Part shown: positions 41,531-51,950 of the stretch, in pieces | Layout: every line of letters starts with the position of its first letter | Position numbering within the stretch: position 1 is the stretch's first letter | NCBI GenBank assembly: GCA_963845245.1 | Contig: CAWJRJ010000020.1 | Location: forward strand, 1 to 64,000 | Length of the DNA stretch: 64,000 nucleotides | DNA from: Nitrospirota bacterium | GTDB taxonomy: Bacteria; Nitrospirota; JACRHJ01 | Direction of reading: 5' to 3' | Notes under the pieces: generated by a model | What the model was told of the DNA's origin: nothing | What the model saw: the letters and a program-made list of their open reading frames with translations, nothing else | Databases searched by the model: none | Made by a program: the position numbers and the translations under genes

Positions 41531-43073
41531 TTATCCCTTTTCGTCCGTTTGCACAGCCGTAGCTTCAGTCTGAATATCCGTAGAGCCCCTTCTGACTTCT
41601 TTTTTGAGCTGCGGGAAGAGTATGACGTCCCTGATAGATGCAGCAGTCGGTGAACAGCATGACAAGCCTGTCGATGCCTATACCCTGTCCTGCCGTTGGC
41701 GGCATCCCGTATTCCAGCGCACGGACGTAGTCCTCGTCCATGAACTGCGCCTCCGCGTCGCCGCTCTCTCGCTGCGCCACCTGGTCCATGAAACGCGACG
41801 CCTGATCCATCGGGTCGTTAAGCTCCGAGAAGGCGTTAGCCATCTCGCGGCCTGCAATGAAAAGCTCGAAACGGTCTACTATCTCCGGCCTCTGGTCGTT
41901 GCGCCTGGAAAGTGGCGAAAGCTCAACAGGGTATTCCGTAATGAACGTCGGGTTGATGAGCTTGAACTCCGTCGTCTTCTCGAATATCTCGTTAACCACC
42001 TTGGCAAGGCTTATGCCGGGCATCAGCTTTACATCGTTTGCCTTTGCAAAGTTTATAGCCTTGTCGATGCTGTTCAGGTCTTCCGGAGTCGCATCTGTAT
42101 ACTTGACTATCGCCTGCTCCATCGACATCCTGTCCCAGGGTGCGGTGAAGTCTATCTCGTCGCCCTGGTAGGTTATCTTCATCGAGCCGCACGACTGCAT
42201 CGCGATTGCGGCGAAAAGCTCCTCGGTCAGTTCCATGAGCACGTTGTAATCCGCGTATGCCATGTAGAACTCCAGCATCGTGAACTCGGGGTTGTGCTTG
42301 ATTGATATGCCTTCGTTTCTGAAGTTACGGTTAAGCTCGTACACGCGCTCGAACCCTCCCACGATGAGCCGCTTCAGATATAGCTCCGGTGCGATGCGCA
42401 GGTAGAGGTCCATGTCCAGGGCGTTATGGTGGGTGGTGAACGGCCGTGCCGTCGCCCCACCCGGTATGCTCTGCATCATCGGGGTCTCTACCTCAAGGAA
42501 GCCCTTCTCCTCAAGGAATGCACGTATCGCCTTGATTATTCGGTTACGTACCCTGAAGGTCTCTTTCACCTCCGGGTTCACGATAAGGTCGACATACCTC
42601 TGACGGTAGCGCATCTCGATGTCTGTGAGGCCGTGGAATTTCTCGGGCAGGGGCCGGAGCGACTTTGAAAGCAGGGTGAACCGCTCCACCTCGATGGTAA
42701 GCTCGTTAGTCTTCGTCCTGAAAAGATGCCCCTCGACGCCGATGTGGTCGCCAAGGTCAAGGAGGTTCATCAGCTTGTACTGCTCCTCGCCGATGTGGTC
42801 CTTCTTCATGTATATCTGGACCCTGCCGGTGGAGTCCTGTATGTGCGCGAATGCGGCCTTGCCGAAGCTGCGGAAAGCGACTATGCGGCCCGCGGCGGTG
42901 ATGTGAACCTTGTCGGCCTCAAGCTCCTCTTTCGTCTTCTCGCCGAAGTTTGCGTGGATATCCGCCGCCTTGTCCTTTACGTCGTAGCGCTGGCCGTAGG
43001 GGTTTATCCCCATGGCTTTTATGTCTTCAAGCTTCTTCTTGCGTACCTGTATTTGTTCGTTTTCCTCAAGCAT
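41531..43073 (-). CDS. lysS: Lysine-tRNA ligase class II; +1 frameshift near 41645
   Basis: [33 protein letters not shown]; corrected C-terminus [13 protein letters not shown]. Confidence 0.97.
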
Positions 43074-43109
43074 TAATCTAGTCCTTTCAATGATTTATAA
43101 AGTCTTGGA

Positions 43110-43138
43110 ATTATAAGAGAATTGGCGGATGGTGTCAA
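43110..43138 (-). promoter_or_regulatory. Perfect-consensus sigma70 promoter of the lysS-lol operon
   Basis: TTGACA-17-TATAAT. Confidence 0.8.
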
Positions 43139-43218
43139 CAGTATTATTGACTTTTTACCACGGGCATGATTAAATGGAATTAGAAAATTGCGTTAGCGTA
43201 TGTCGTTGGAGGCTGGAC

Positions 43219-43434
43219 ATGAAATTTAACGTGATGTTGGAAAAAGCTGAAGAAGGTGGCTATAACGTTACCGTGCCTGCGCTCGATGGCTGCTTCACGG
43301 AAGGCGATACAATAGAAGAAGCTATGGAGAACGCAAAAGAAGCCATCCTTTGCTACCTTGAGGGCCTTGAGAAAATAAACGAGATTAAATCAAAGCCGAA
43401 TGCTGTGTTTAAAGAGGTAGAGGTCGCGATTTGA
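43219..43434 (+). CDS. hicB: HicB-family antitoxin (short, no DNA-binding domain)
   Basis: [31 protein letters not shown]. Confidence 0.9.
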   Translation: MKFNVMLEKAEEGGYNVTVPALDGCFTEGDTIEEAMENAKEAILCYLEGLEKINEIKSKPNAVFKEVEVAI

Positions 43435-43646
43435 GCGACACCTTCTCCGGCAAAGAGGTGGTCAAAGCGCTCCATCGTCTCGGTTTTGTGGTTGACCACC
43501 AAAGGGGAAGCCACATCTTCCTGCATAACCTCGAAAGAAACATTTCAGTAGTAGTTCCCAACCACAAAGAATTGAAAAAAGGGACATTGAACAACATCCT
43601 CAAGAAGGCAGGCCTTACCTTGGATGAACTCAGAAGGCTTAAATAA
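43431..43646 (+). CDS. hicA: HicA-family toxin
   Basis: [26 protein letters not shown]. Confidence 0.92.
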   Translation: MSDTFSGKEVVKALHRLGFVVDHQRGSHIFLHNLERNISVVVPNHKELKKGTLNNILKKAGLTLDELRRLK

Positions 43647-43676
43647 GGCTTTGAATCTTCAGGAGAGGAATAGTTT

Positions 43677-44234
43677 ATGATAATTAAGAAAGTCTTAGGA
43701 CAAGATAAATGTACTATTCAAGGTGACGAATTAATCACGAATGGTAAAACGGTAAATATACTCGGCCTGCAGGACGTAACCGCAAATTCAAAAGATGCAT
43801 CACTTATCTTGACCGTAATTTTAATAGCTGGTCTTGTTCCAATCGTTCCAACTTTATATTTTGTTATTTCAAAAGGTGTAATTTCAAGTTCATTGTCTGA
43901 TTTAAGTAAATTTGAAAATGTGTGGAACTTAATAGTTTTCTCCATGGTAATAGGAGCTTATTTATTTGTGTTCTGGGTAATTACAAGAGTAAAAAAATAT
44001 GCCAAAGAATATAGAAGTTTCTGGTCTGTATATCTGGACCGTCCTCGAAGTTTCTTTTGTTCTGATCAATGGAGGCCACGTGGATACATGGGATTAGACA
44101 ATATCAACCCCAATAGGGAAAGGGTTAGCCTTTTGGTTGAAAAAAAGGATGATATTAATATAGAAACGAAAATGAAAGAGTTGGAAATAATGCTTGCGCA
44201 AAAACGAGCGCTCGCTAATAACGATAGAAAGTAG
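43677..44234 (+). CDS. AT-rich hypothetical two-TM protein
   Basis: 185 aa, AGGAG SD, atypical composition. Confidence 0.6.
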   Translation: MIIKKVLGQDKCTIQGDELITNGKTVNILGLQDVTANSKDASLILTVILIAGLVPIVPTLYFVISKGVISSSLSDLSKFENVWNLIVFSMVIGAYLFVFWVITRVKKYAKEYRSFWSVYLDRPRSFFCSDQWRPRGYMGLDNINPNRERVSLLVEKKDDINIETKMKELEIMLAQKRALANNDRK

Positions 44235-44237
44235 TTT

Positions 44238-44876
44238 TTACTTCAGTATCACGCCCGTCTTGTAGCTCCAGAGCGCCAGGTCCATCTCGTCCATGTCGAT
44301 GCCTATCTCGTTTGAGAAATCCCGCAGCCGGTCCTCGATTTCGATGTATTTCTTGCGGTTGGCAGGCTTGTCGTTCGTCGGCAGGACGCCAAGCTCGAAC
44401 AGCATGTTGACGATATGCTTGTCGAGTATGGCGTACCCGGAATAGCCGATGTTGCGGAGGAAGTGGCTGGCCTCCTTGTAGCCGATACCCTTGATGCCCT
44501 TGTTGGCCGCGAAGAAGTCGCGCCGCTCGTGGAAGTCCGTCAGCGAGTTCAGCTTCTTCTTGAGCTTGAAGCCGGTCTCCTGCATAAGATAGTCGCGGGT
44601 GTGGATGATGTATGTGGGGCGTACCCTCCAGAAGCGGTACCGACCGCATAGGGTGTTCTGCAGGCCTTCGAGGTCGGCGGTAAGGATGCCGTCGCCTGCG
44701 GCCTCTATGCATGTGATGCCCATCTTGGCCGAGGTATTGGCTGTGAGGATGCAGAAGCACAGCTCCTTGAATATAGCGAGGTCGCCCTTTTTATAAACCA
44801 GCGGGAACTCCGCAAGCCGCGCCCGTATCTCGTCCTTGCGCTCCTTGTAATGCCGCAGGAGGTCGTCTACCGTCAT
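44238..44876 (-). CDS. ogg: 8-oxoguanine N-glycosylase/AP lyase, Ogg2 type
   Basis: ELCFCILTAN, IKGIGYKEASHFLRN, ILDKH, C-terminal Lys. Confidence 0.9.
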   Translation of the reverse strand: MTVDDLLRHYKERKDEIRARLAEFPLVYKKGDLAIFKELCFCILTANTSAKMGITCIEAAGDGILTADLEGLQNTLCGRYRFWRVRPTYIIHTRDYLMQETGFKLKKKLNSLTDFHERRDFFAANKGIKGIGYKEASHFLRNIGYSGYAILDKHIVNMLFELGVLPTNDKPANRKKYIEIEDRLRDFSNEIGIDMDEMDLALWSYKTGVILK

Positions 44877-46004
44877 ATGTCGTCCTTCAACGTGCCGGGC
44901 TGTGCTCTCTTGCCGAGCAGATACGCCTCGATGAAGCCGTCGAGGTCGCCGTCCATGACGGCACTTATGTTGCCCACCTCATAGCCTGTCCTGTGGTCCT
45001 TCGCCATCTGGTAGGGCATGAAGACGTAGGAGCGTATCTGGCTGCCCCAGGCGATGTCTTTCTTCTCTGCGTTTACCTTGTCCATCTCGGCCTCTTTTTT
45101 CTTTACCTCGAGGTCGTAGAGCCTTGAACGCAATACCTTGAATGCCTTGTTCTTGTTCTTAAGCTGTGAACGTTCGTCCTGGCACTGCACGACGGTGTTG
45201 GTCGGTATGTGCGTGATGCGTATCGCGGATGAGGTCTTGTTGACGTGCTGGCCGCCCGCTCCGGAAGCACGGTAGGTGTCTATGCGCAGGTCCTTCTCGT
45301 CTATCTCCACGACGACGTCGTCCTCGATCTCGGGATATACGAACACCGACGCGAAGCTTGTGTGGCGGCGCTTATTGGCGTCGAATGGGGATATCCGCAC
45401 TAACCTGTGTACTCCCGCCTCGGACTTGAGATACCCATATGCGTTCAGGCCGTTCACCTCAAACGTGACGCTCTTTATGCCCGCCTCGTCGCCGGGGAGC
45501 AGGTCCAGTATCTCGGTCTGGTAGCCGCGCCTCTCGGCCCAGCGCAGGTACATCCGAAGGAGCATCTCGGCCCAGTCCTGGGACTCGGTGCCGCCCGCGC
45601 CCGGGTGTACGGTTACCAATGCGTTGTTTTTGTCGTTGGGGCCGGATAGCATCAGCTCAAGCTCGGCGGAGTCCACCGCGTGGTCGAGCTTCTTTATGCT
45701 GTCGTCTATCTCGGGCAGCAGGGCCTCGCCGCCTTCCTCCAGGGTCAACTCCGCCATCACCTGAAGGTCTTCGAGGGATTTTACAAGGGCCTTCCAGATA
45801 TTGACCGTGGCCTCAAGCCCGGTCTTCTCCTTCATCAGGAGCTGCCCAGCCTCGGCGTTGTCCCAGAACCCCTCCTCTTCCATCTTGGTTACTATCTCTG
45901 CTAGCCGTTTTTCTTTTCCGGCCAGGTCAAAGATGCCCCCTCAGGGCCGAGACCCTATCCTCAAGCGCGGACAGTTCGCGCTGTATGTCTTCCTGTGCGA
46001 TCAT
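44873..46004 (-). CDS. prfB: Peptide chain release factor 2 with programmed +1 frameshift
   Basis: 25-codon first frame MIAQEDIQ..RGHL* then SPF, GGQ, WGSQIRSY. Confidence 0.97.
45926..45941 (-). promoter_or_regulatory. prfB programmed frameshift cassette
   Basis: AGGGGG-CAT-CTT-TGA-C. Confidence 0.95.
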
Positions 46005-47525
46005 TACACGTTACTCCTCTTTTTTAACGATACCGATACTATTATTAAAGCAGAAATCAGGGCGCATGCATAGGCGAAAATATCGCCGTAGCGCGTGTAG
46101 AATGTTAGCTCGTTTACAAGCGGGACCTCACCGGACAGGGTTTCGCGCGTGAAAATTCCTGTCCTAGAAACGACCTCTCCTGATGGCAGTATTATCCCGG
46201 TTATACCTGTATTGGCAGCCCTAAGCATCGAACGCCTGTTCTCAACCGCACGGAAGATCGCCATATTGAAATGCTGGTAGGGGGCCGCAGTCTTTCCGTA
46301 CCATGCGTCGTTTGTTACGGTGACAAGACAGTCCGCGCCGCCGAGGGCGAACCGGCGCACAAGCTCGGGGAATATCGCCTCGAAGCATATAGCCGTCCCG
46401 ATCCTGGCCTTATTAGTGTCCAGCAGCGTGTAGCTCGTTCCCGCGCCAAAATCGCCTATTCCGCTCACCATCTTCGATACGAACGGCAGGAGCTTCTTCA
46501 AGCGGTATGTACTCGCCGAACGGGACAAGGTGCATCTTGTCGTACCGGCCTGCTACCTCACCGGAAGGTGAGATGAGGTATGCGCTATTGTGTTCCAGGT
46601 ACTTGTCATTCCCGAGTTCTTCCACGCTCGGGCTTCCCGTCAAAAGAAATGTGCTGGATGCCTTCGCGACGTCAAGGAGCCTGGAGTTGTAGTACTTGTC
46701 CTGAAAATAAAAAGGCGTCGCTGTCTCGGGCCAGATTACAATGTCTGGTTTTGCGTTTGCGGCTTCAAGCGTCATTTGGGTATAAGTGTCAAAGATATCT
46801 CTCTGGTACTGGGCGTCCCACTTATGGAACTGCTCGATGTTCCCCTGGATGAGCGCGACCTTGAGCCGTCCATTCTCATGGGGAGGGTGCGACAGCCTGT
46901 ACTGGCCGTACCCGAATACGAGCGCGACAGCCGTAAATGCCGCTACGGGTTTCAGTGCCCGTCCAAAACTTCTATTGCCTGTATCCGCAATGTATTCGGC
47001 AAGAGCTGCATTAACCAGCACTATAAGCGCAGATACACCGTATACGCCAGTGACGTCTGCTATCTGAATAATGGCCAGGTTTGCGTGCTGTGAATATCCA
47101 AGCTGGTCCCAGGGGAAGCCGGTGATGATGTAGTTTCTGGCAAGCTCGAGCGATACCCATATGGCAGGTGCGGCCAGTATAAAGACCGCCGGAGATTTTT
47201 TTCTGACATATGCTGCCAAGGCCGCGAACAGGCCGACATATACTGCTAGGTACGCCGAAAGCGCGGCCATCAGGATAATACTCACGGCGATGTTCAGGCC
47301 GCCGTAATAGAACATCGCGTTTACGATCCAGTATATTGATGATATGTAAAAGACGAGCCCGGCGACGAAGCCCTTATAAAAAGAACCTTCTGAGCCGTCT
47401 TTTATGGAGAGCAGGAGCGGGACAAGCGCAAACCATGCCACGACCTGGATGTCTGCCAGAGGGAATGAGACGCTTAAGAGTATGCCTGAGATTATAGGGA
47501 GGAGATACCCTCGGAACCTGCCCAT
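46004..47525 (-). CDS. lnt: Apolipoprotein N-acyltransferase; +1 frameshift near 46500
   Basis: GFPW..GYSQ, QGNI, WPET, KMHLVPFGEY, ICFE, TNDAW, RAVE, ANTG. Confidence 0.95.
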
Positions 47526-47956
47526 CAGCCTTTTTGGCTCTGCAACCACTTTTGCATGGCCTCGCCCATGGAGCCTATGCGGCCGGTGTCTTCCTGGGCT
47601 TCGACCTGGGGTCTGCGTTCCTGGGGTTTCGGTCTGGGAGGCCTTGTGCTTTTCTGCTGCTGGGCGTTCTGCCGGGCGTCGGGTCTTGCCTGGAAACGTT
47701 CGCGCCGGGGTTTTTCTACGGGTTTGGTTTGGGGTTGGGCCTGGGCTTCGGAAACGCTTTCCGCTTTTGCAGGAGCAATCTTTAGCAGCGAGTGCCGGTA
47801 GAGCATCTGGCCATTGCCGCCGTCCATAAAGACGACGTAGCCATCAAAGTTCTTTATCTTGCCGCGAACGACGGAACCGTCCTTGAGAGTAGCCTCAACC
47901 TCGGTTTTGTCAGTTGCGTACCCTTCAAGGGCCTGGTCTATCGCATTACCTTGCAT
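47525..47956 (-). CDS. Divergent Hfq/Sm-like protein with about 80-aa Q/P/R-rich tail
   Basis: LKDGSVVRGKIKNFDGYVV..QMLYRHSL aligns to Hfq LVNGIKLQGQIESFDQFVI..QMVYKHAI. Confidence 0.8.
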   Translation of the reverse strand: MQGNAIDQALEGYATDKTEVEATLKDGSVVRGKIKNFDGYVVFMDGGNGQMLYRHSLLKIAPAKAESVSEAQAQPQTKPVEKPRRERFQARPDARQNAQQQKSTRPPRPKPQERRPQVEAQEDTGRIGSMGEAMQKWLQSQKG

Positions 47957-48431
47957 TTTCTTTTCCTGAATGCCGCCTGTAGCCCGGGCCTATGCTGCAT
48001 ATGCCGTGTTTGTATAGCAGGACCTGGCCCCGGCCTGTCCTGACGGAGACGGTGAAGCCGTCATAACCTTCCACCACACCGCGTATCTCATCGCCGCTGT
48101 TAAAGCTGAAAAGTGCAAGGGTCTTTTCTTTGATGTACCTGTTAAGGAACTCGTCCTGGACCCTTGACCTCGAAGTGATTGGAACTATTTCTGGCGTAGC
48201 GCCGAAGAAGGAGGGCTCCAGAAGATCGCTGCCAGGAGTGATGCTGGCAATCTCTTTTTTGGGGAGTGTGACAATGTTTCCGCCGGAATCGATACTTACG
48301 TCATACCTGCCGGCAAATGTAACAATGCCGGATAGTTTTTCCCTGTTTGAAAGCAGAAGCCTCAGGGGTGTAGTATTCTCGACTGCCCTGGATAAAAAAG
48401 TCTCTTCTATTTTAAGTCCGGTATCGGTCAT
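47946..48431 (-). CDS. Tandem two-domain Hfq/Sm-like protein
   Basis: Domain 2 VQDEFLN..GDEIRG..YDGF..LYKHGI; domain 1 IEETFL..P..LSNREKLSG..PKKEIASITP. Confidence 0.8.
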   Translation of the reverse strand: MTDTGLKIEETFLSRAVENTTPLRLLLSNREKLSGIVTFAGRYDVSIDSGGNIVTLPKKEIASITPGSDLLEPSFFGATPEIVPITSRSRVQDEFLNRYIKEKTLALFSFNSGDEIRGVVEGYDGFTVSVRTGRGQVLLYKHGICSIGPGYRRHSGKENAR

Positions 48432-48437
48432 GGAAAA

Positions 48438-48466
48438 AGTATAAAAGAAAGTGGTTGAGTTTGCAA
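48438..48466 (-). promoter_or_regulatory. Sigma70 promoter predicting a leaderless hfq-like transcript
   Basis: TTGCAA-17-TATACT-6 nt-ATG; no SD. Confidence 0.65.
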
Positions 48467-48525
48467 GGCATTATTTGACTATAACCCTGTGGGCAAACAT
48501 ATCCGCAGGACCGTGTTGGGCATGT

Positions 48526-48927
48526 TTATTCGGAAAGGCAGTCCTGGCAGGAACCATAGAACTCAAAGCGGTGCCTGTTTACCTGCACTCCCATCTGGCT
48601 GCTGATTTCTTGTTCTATATTCGCGGATATAGGGGTTTCCACGTCGAGTATCTTCCCGCAGTTTTCGCAGGTGAAATGGTAATGGTTGCAAGCGTTCCCG
48701 TCGAAGCGGCTGAAACCCTTGCCATAGCAGAGTTCAAGAATCTCGCCCTGGCTTTTAAGTATATTAAGGTTCCTGTACACAGTGCCAAGGCTTATGTTGG
48801 GTATCTTTTTCTTGACCTTGTCATAGACCCAATCGGCGGTGGGATGCGACTTGGTGTTTTTAAGCACTTCGAGAATTACCCTTTTTTGCTTCGTCATCCG
48901 ATACTTGACCTGGGGTTCGTTCTTCAT
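48526..48927 (-). CDS. Fur-family regulator, PerR-like
   Basis: MTKQK, HPTAD, SLGTVYRNL, SRFD, HYHFTCENCG, CQDC. Confidence 0.9.
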   Translation of the reverse strand: MKNEPQVKYRMTKQKRVILEVLKNTKSHPTADWVYDKVKKKIPNISLGTVYRNLNILKSQGEILELCYGKGFSRFDGNACNHYHFTCENCGKILDVETPISANIEQEISSQMGVQVNRHRFEFYGSCQDCLSE

Positions 48928-49086
48928 AAGTAGCATCCTCTGTTATAAAGGCAAAAAAATTTTTCTAAACATAGCATATCAAATTTGAAATATCAAGAAT
49001 AATTAATGATAGTCCGCTTTACTTTCAAAGCCCCGTATGGTAGATTTGCTCTCCTAAGTACAGGTTTAATATAAGGAGGCCATTTT

Positions 49087-50049
49087 TTGGCAAATGTATC
49101 TATAGGCATCGACATTGGTGGTACTAATATCCGTTTTGGCATTGTCGACAAGGCCGGAAACGTTATTGCCCTAAAGAGGACAAAAACAGAGGCGGCAGAA
49201 GGCTTTGGTCGCATACTCGGAAGGCTGAAGAAGGGGATTTCCTCACTTTCGGAAAAGGCTTCCGAGAGTGGTCACACCCTCAAAGGCCTGGGTATAGGCG
49301 TCCCTGGGATAATATCTTCTGAAGAGGGGATCGTGAGGTTCTCACCAAACTTGCCCGGCTGGGTGGATGTACCTTTGAGAGATGCGGTTGCCAATTTCTC
49401 CAAAGTACCTGTTCATGTTGAAAATGACGCCAATGCGTATGCCTTGGGGGAGGCCACCTTCGGGGCGGGGCGGGGGGCTGACAGCCTGCTCTGCATTACC
49501 CTTGGGACAGGCGTCGGCGGCGGCATCATACTTTACAAAAAGTTGTGGCGGGGCGAGGACGGGATGGCGGGGGAGGTCGGGCATATGACAGTGGAGCCGC
49601 GCGGGTATCCCTGCCCCTGCGGTAATACTGGTTGTCTTGAGAGGTATTCCTCGGCGACCGCGTTGATTGACAGGACTGTCGAGGCCCTGTTAAAAGGCAG
49701 GAAGTCAGAACTCATGAAAATGTATATGGCCGACCCTTCCTCGGTTACACCGGAAACTATTGCAAATGCCGCCGGAAATGGCGACCGGCTGGCTATAGGT
49801 ATGTACAGAGACGTCGGAAAGTATCTGGGAATCGCATCCGCTGGGATAATCAACTTTCTAAACATCGACAGGATTGTCATCGGGGGCGGGCTCGCCGGGT
49901 CATGGGACCTTTTTATCGGGCCGCTCAAGGCCGAGATTAAGGCAAGAGCCTTCAAGATTCCGGCCAGCCGGTGCGAGGTCGTACCGGGTGCGCTTGGTGA
50001 CGACGCCGGGGTACTTGGCGCGGCCAGTCTGACAAAGACGTTATTATAA
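49087..50049 (+). CDS. glk: ROK-family sugar kinase (glucokinase)
   Basis: GIDIGGT, ENDANA, LGTGVGGG, GEVGH, CPCGNTGCLE. Confidence 0.88.
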   Translation: MANVSIGIDIGGTNIRFGIVDKAGNVIALKRTKTEAAEGFGRILGRLKKGISSLSEKASESGHTLKGLGIGVPGIISSEEGIVRFSPNLPGWVDVPLRDAVANFSKVPVHVENDANAYALGEATFGAGRGADSLLCITLGTGVGGGIILYKKLWRGEDGMAGEVGHMTVEPRGYPCPCGNTGCLERYSSATALIDRTVEALLKGRKSELMKMYMADPSSVTPETIANAAGNGDRLAIGMYRDVGKYLGIASAGIINFLNIDRIVIGGGLAGSWDLFIGPLKAEIKARAFKIPASRCEVVPGALGDDAGVLGAASLTKTLL

Positions 50050-50072
50050 CCATCTGTCTGTTAATAATTATT

Positions 50073-50101
50073 TTGACTTTGAGCCTTAATAAATATACAA
50101 T
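50073..50101 (+). promoter_or_regulatory. Sigma70 promoter of lepA
   Basis: TTGACT-17-TACAAT, 11 nt to ATG, no SD. Confidence 0.6.
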
Positions 50102-50112
50102 AAAAAGCTCAA

Positions 50113-51912
50113 ATGAAACTCGAAAACATTAGAAATTTCAGCATTATCGCTCACATAGACCACGGCAAGTCAACGTTGGCCGACAGGCTTCTGGAGATTA
50201 CGGGCGCTCTTAGTGCACGCGAGATGGAAAATCAGGTCCTGGACGACATGGACCTGGAGCGCGAGCGCGGCATAACCATAAAGGCGCACGCCGTCAGGCT
50301 TAATTATCTGGCCGACGACGGCAAGATGTATATCCTGAACCTGATTGACACCCCCGGCCATGTGGATTTCACCTATGAAGTCTCCCGCAGCCTCGCTGCT
50401 TGTGAGGGCGTCCTCCTTGTGGTTGACGCCTCGCAGGGAGTGGAGGCCCAGACTCTGGCCAACGCCTACCTCGCCATCGACAACGACCTCGAGATAATAC
50501 CCGTAATCAACAAGATTGACCTCCCAAGCGCGGACCCTGAGAGGGTCAGGACGGAGATAGAGGAGGTCATCGGCATTGACGCCTCCATAGCTATACCCGT
50601 CAGCGCGAAAGAGGGTAAAGGTATAAAAGAGACCCTCGAAGCGATAGTCAAGTACGTGCCGCCTCCAGTTGGAGATATCGACGCACCGCTTAAGGCACTG
50701 ATATTCGACTCCTGGTTCGATTCATACCAGGGGGTGATAGTGCTTGTAAGGGTGATGGACGGGATGGTCAAGAAGGGTATGAAAATAAAGCTCTTCTCGA
50801 ACGACAAGACCTTCGAGGTCATGGAGGTAGGTTACTCCACCCCGAAGATGCTCAAGTCCGAAGGGCTTTTCCCCGGAGAGGTCGGATACATAATTGCCGG
50901 AATAAGGAAGGTTTCCGACTCCAAGATAGGCGATACCATCACCACAGTGGAGAAACCGGCCGCCGGACCGCTGCCCGGCTACCGCGAAGTCAAGCCGATG
51001 GTTTTCTGCGGGCTATATCCTACAGACACCAACCAGTACGAGGAGCTGAGAGACGCCCTTGAGAAGCTGAGGCTTAACGACTCGTCCTTCTCGTACGAGC
51101 CCGAGACCTCGCTTGCGCTGGGCTTCGGCTTCAGGTGCGGTTTCCTGGGGCTTCTCCATATGGAGATAATACAGGAGCGGCTTGAGAGGGAGTTTAATCT
51201 GTCCTTGCTTTCGACTGCCCCGACCGTCGTTTACCGGGTCACAAAGCTTGACGGCGAGGTCGTGCTGGTGGACAACCCCGCGAAACTCCCCGATGTCCAG
51301 AAGATCGCATCGATGGAGGAGCCGATCATACTTGCCACCATCATGGTGCCTAACGAATACATAGGCTCCATATTCGCCATCTGTCAGGAGAGGCGGGGCA
51401 TAAAGAAGAGCCTCAGCTACCTCGACCGCGACAGGTCGATAATAACATATGAACTGCCGTTGAACGAAGTGGTGCTTGATTTTTACGACAGGCTCAAGTC
51501 TGTCAGCCGCGGATACGCCTCTCTGGATTACGAGCTTATAGGCTACAGGGAATCTAACCTGGTCAAGCTTGACATCCTTCTGAACAGCGAGATAGTGGAT
51601 GCCCTTTCACTTATAACCCACCGGGACAAGTCGGTTATAAGGGGCAGGGAGCTTGCCATAAGGCTTAAAGAGCTTATTCCCCGCCAGATGTTCGAGGTCG
51701 TCATCCAGGCCGCAATTGGCGCCAAGATAATCGCTCGCGAAACAGTACGGGCGCTGAGGAAAGACGTCATAGCAAAATGCTACGGCGGCGACATAACAAG
51801 GAAGAGGAAGCTGCTTGAGAAACAGAAGGAAGGCAAGAAGAAGATGAAGCAGCTGGGTTCGGTAGAGATACCTCAGGAGGCCTTCCTGGCCGTGCTGAAG
51901 GTAAAAGACTGA
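50113..51912 (+). CDS. lepA: Elongation factor 4
   Basis: [45 protein letters not shown]. Confidence 0.98.
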   Translation: MKLENIRNFSIIAHIDHGKSTLADRLLEITGALSAREMENQVLDDMDLERERGITIKAHAVRLNYLADDGKMYILNLIDTPGHVDFTYEVSRSLAACEGVLLVVDASQGVEAQTLANAYLAIDNDLEIIPVINKIDLPSADPERVRTEIEEVIGIDASIAIPVSAKEGKGIKETLEAIVKYVPPPVGDIDAPLKALIFDSWFDSYQGVIVLVRVMDGMVKKGMKIKLFSNDKTFEVMEVGYSTPKMLKSEGLFPGEVGYIIAGIRKVSDSKIGDTITTVEKPAAGPLPGYREVKPMVFCGLYPTDTNQYEELRDALEKLRLNDSSFSYEPETSLALGFGFRCGFLGLLHMEIIQERLEREFNLSLLSTAPTVVYRVTKLDGEVVLVDNPAKLPDVQKIASMEEPIILATIMVPNEYIGSIFAICQERRGIKKSLSYLDRDRSIITYELPLNEVVLDFYDRLKSVSRGYASLDYELIGYRESNLVKLDILLNSEIVDALSLITHRDKSVIRGRELAIRLKELIPRQMFEVVIQAAIGAKIIARETVRALRKDVIAKCYGGDITRKRKLLEKQKEGKKKMKQLGSVEIPQEAFLAVLKVKD

Positions 51913-51950
51913 TAGTACCCATACCCTTGCCGATAGGGTGGCTTTTATTG

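Noticed and set aside
45926..45941. prfB frameshift as a novelty
   Set aside because: It is the canonical, well-described RF2 autoregulatory site
48470..48484. Possible PerR/Fur box (TTATTTGACTATAA) near the hfq-like promoter
   Set aside because: Only a partial palindrome in AT-rich DNA; too weak without a matrix search
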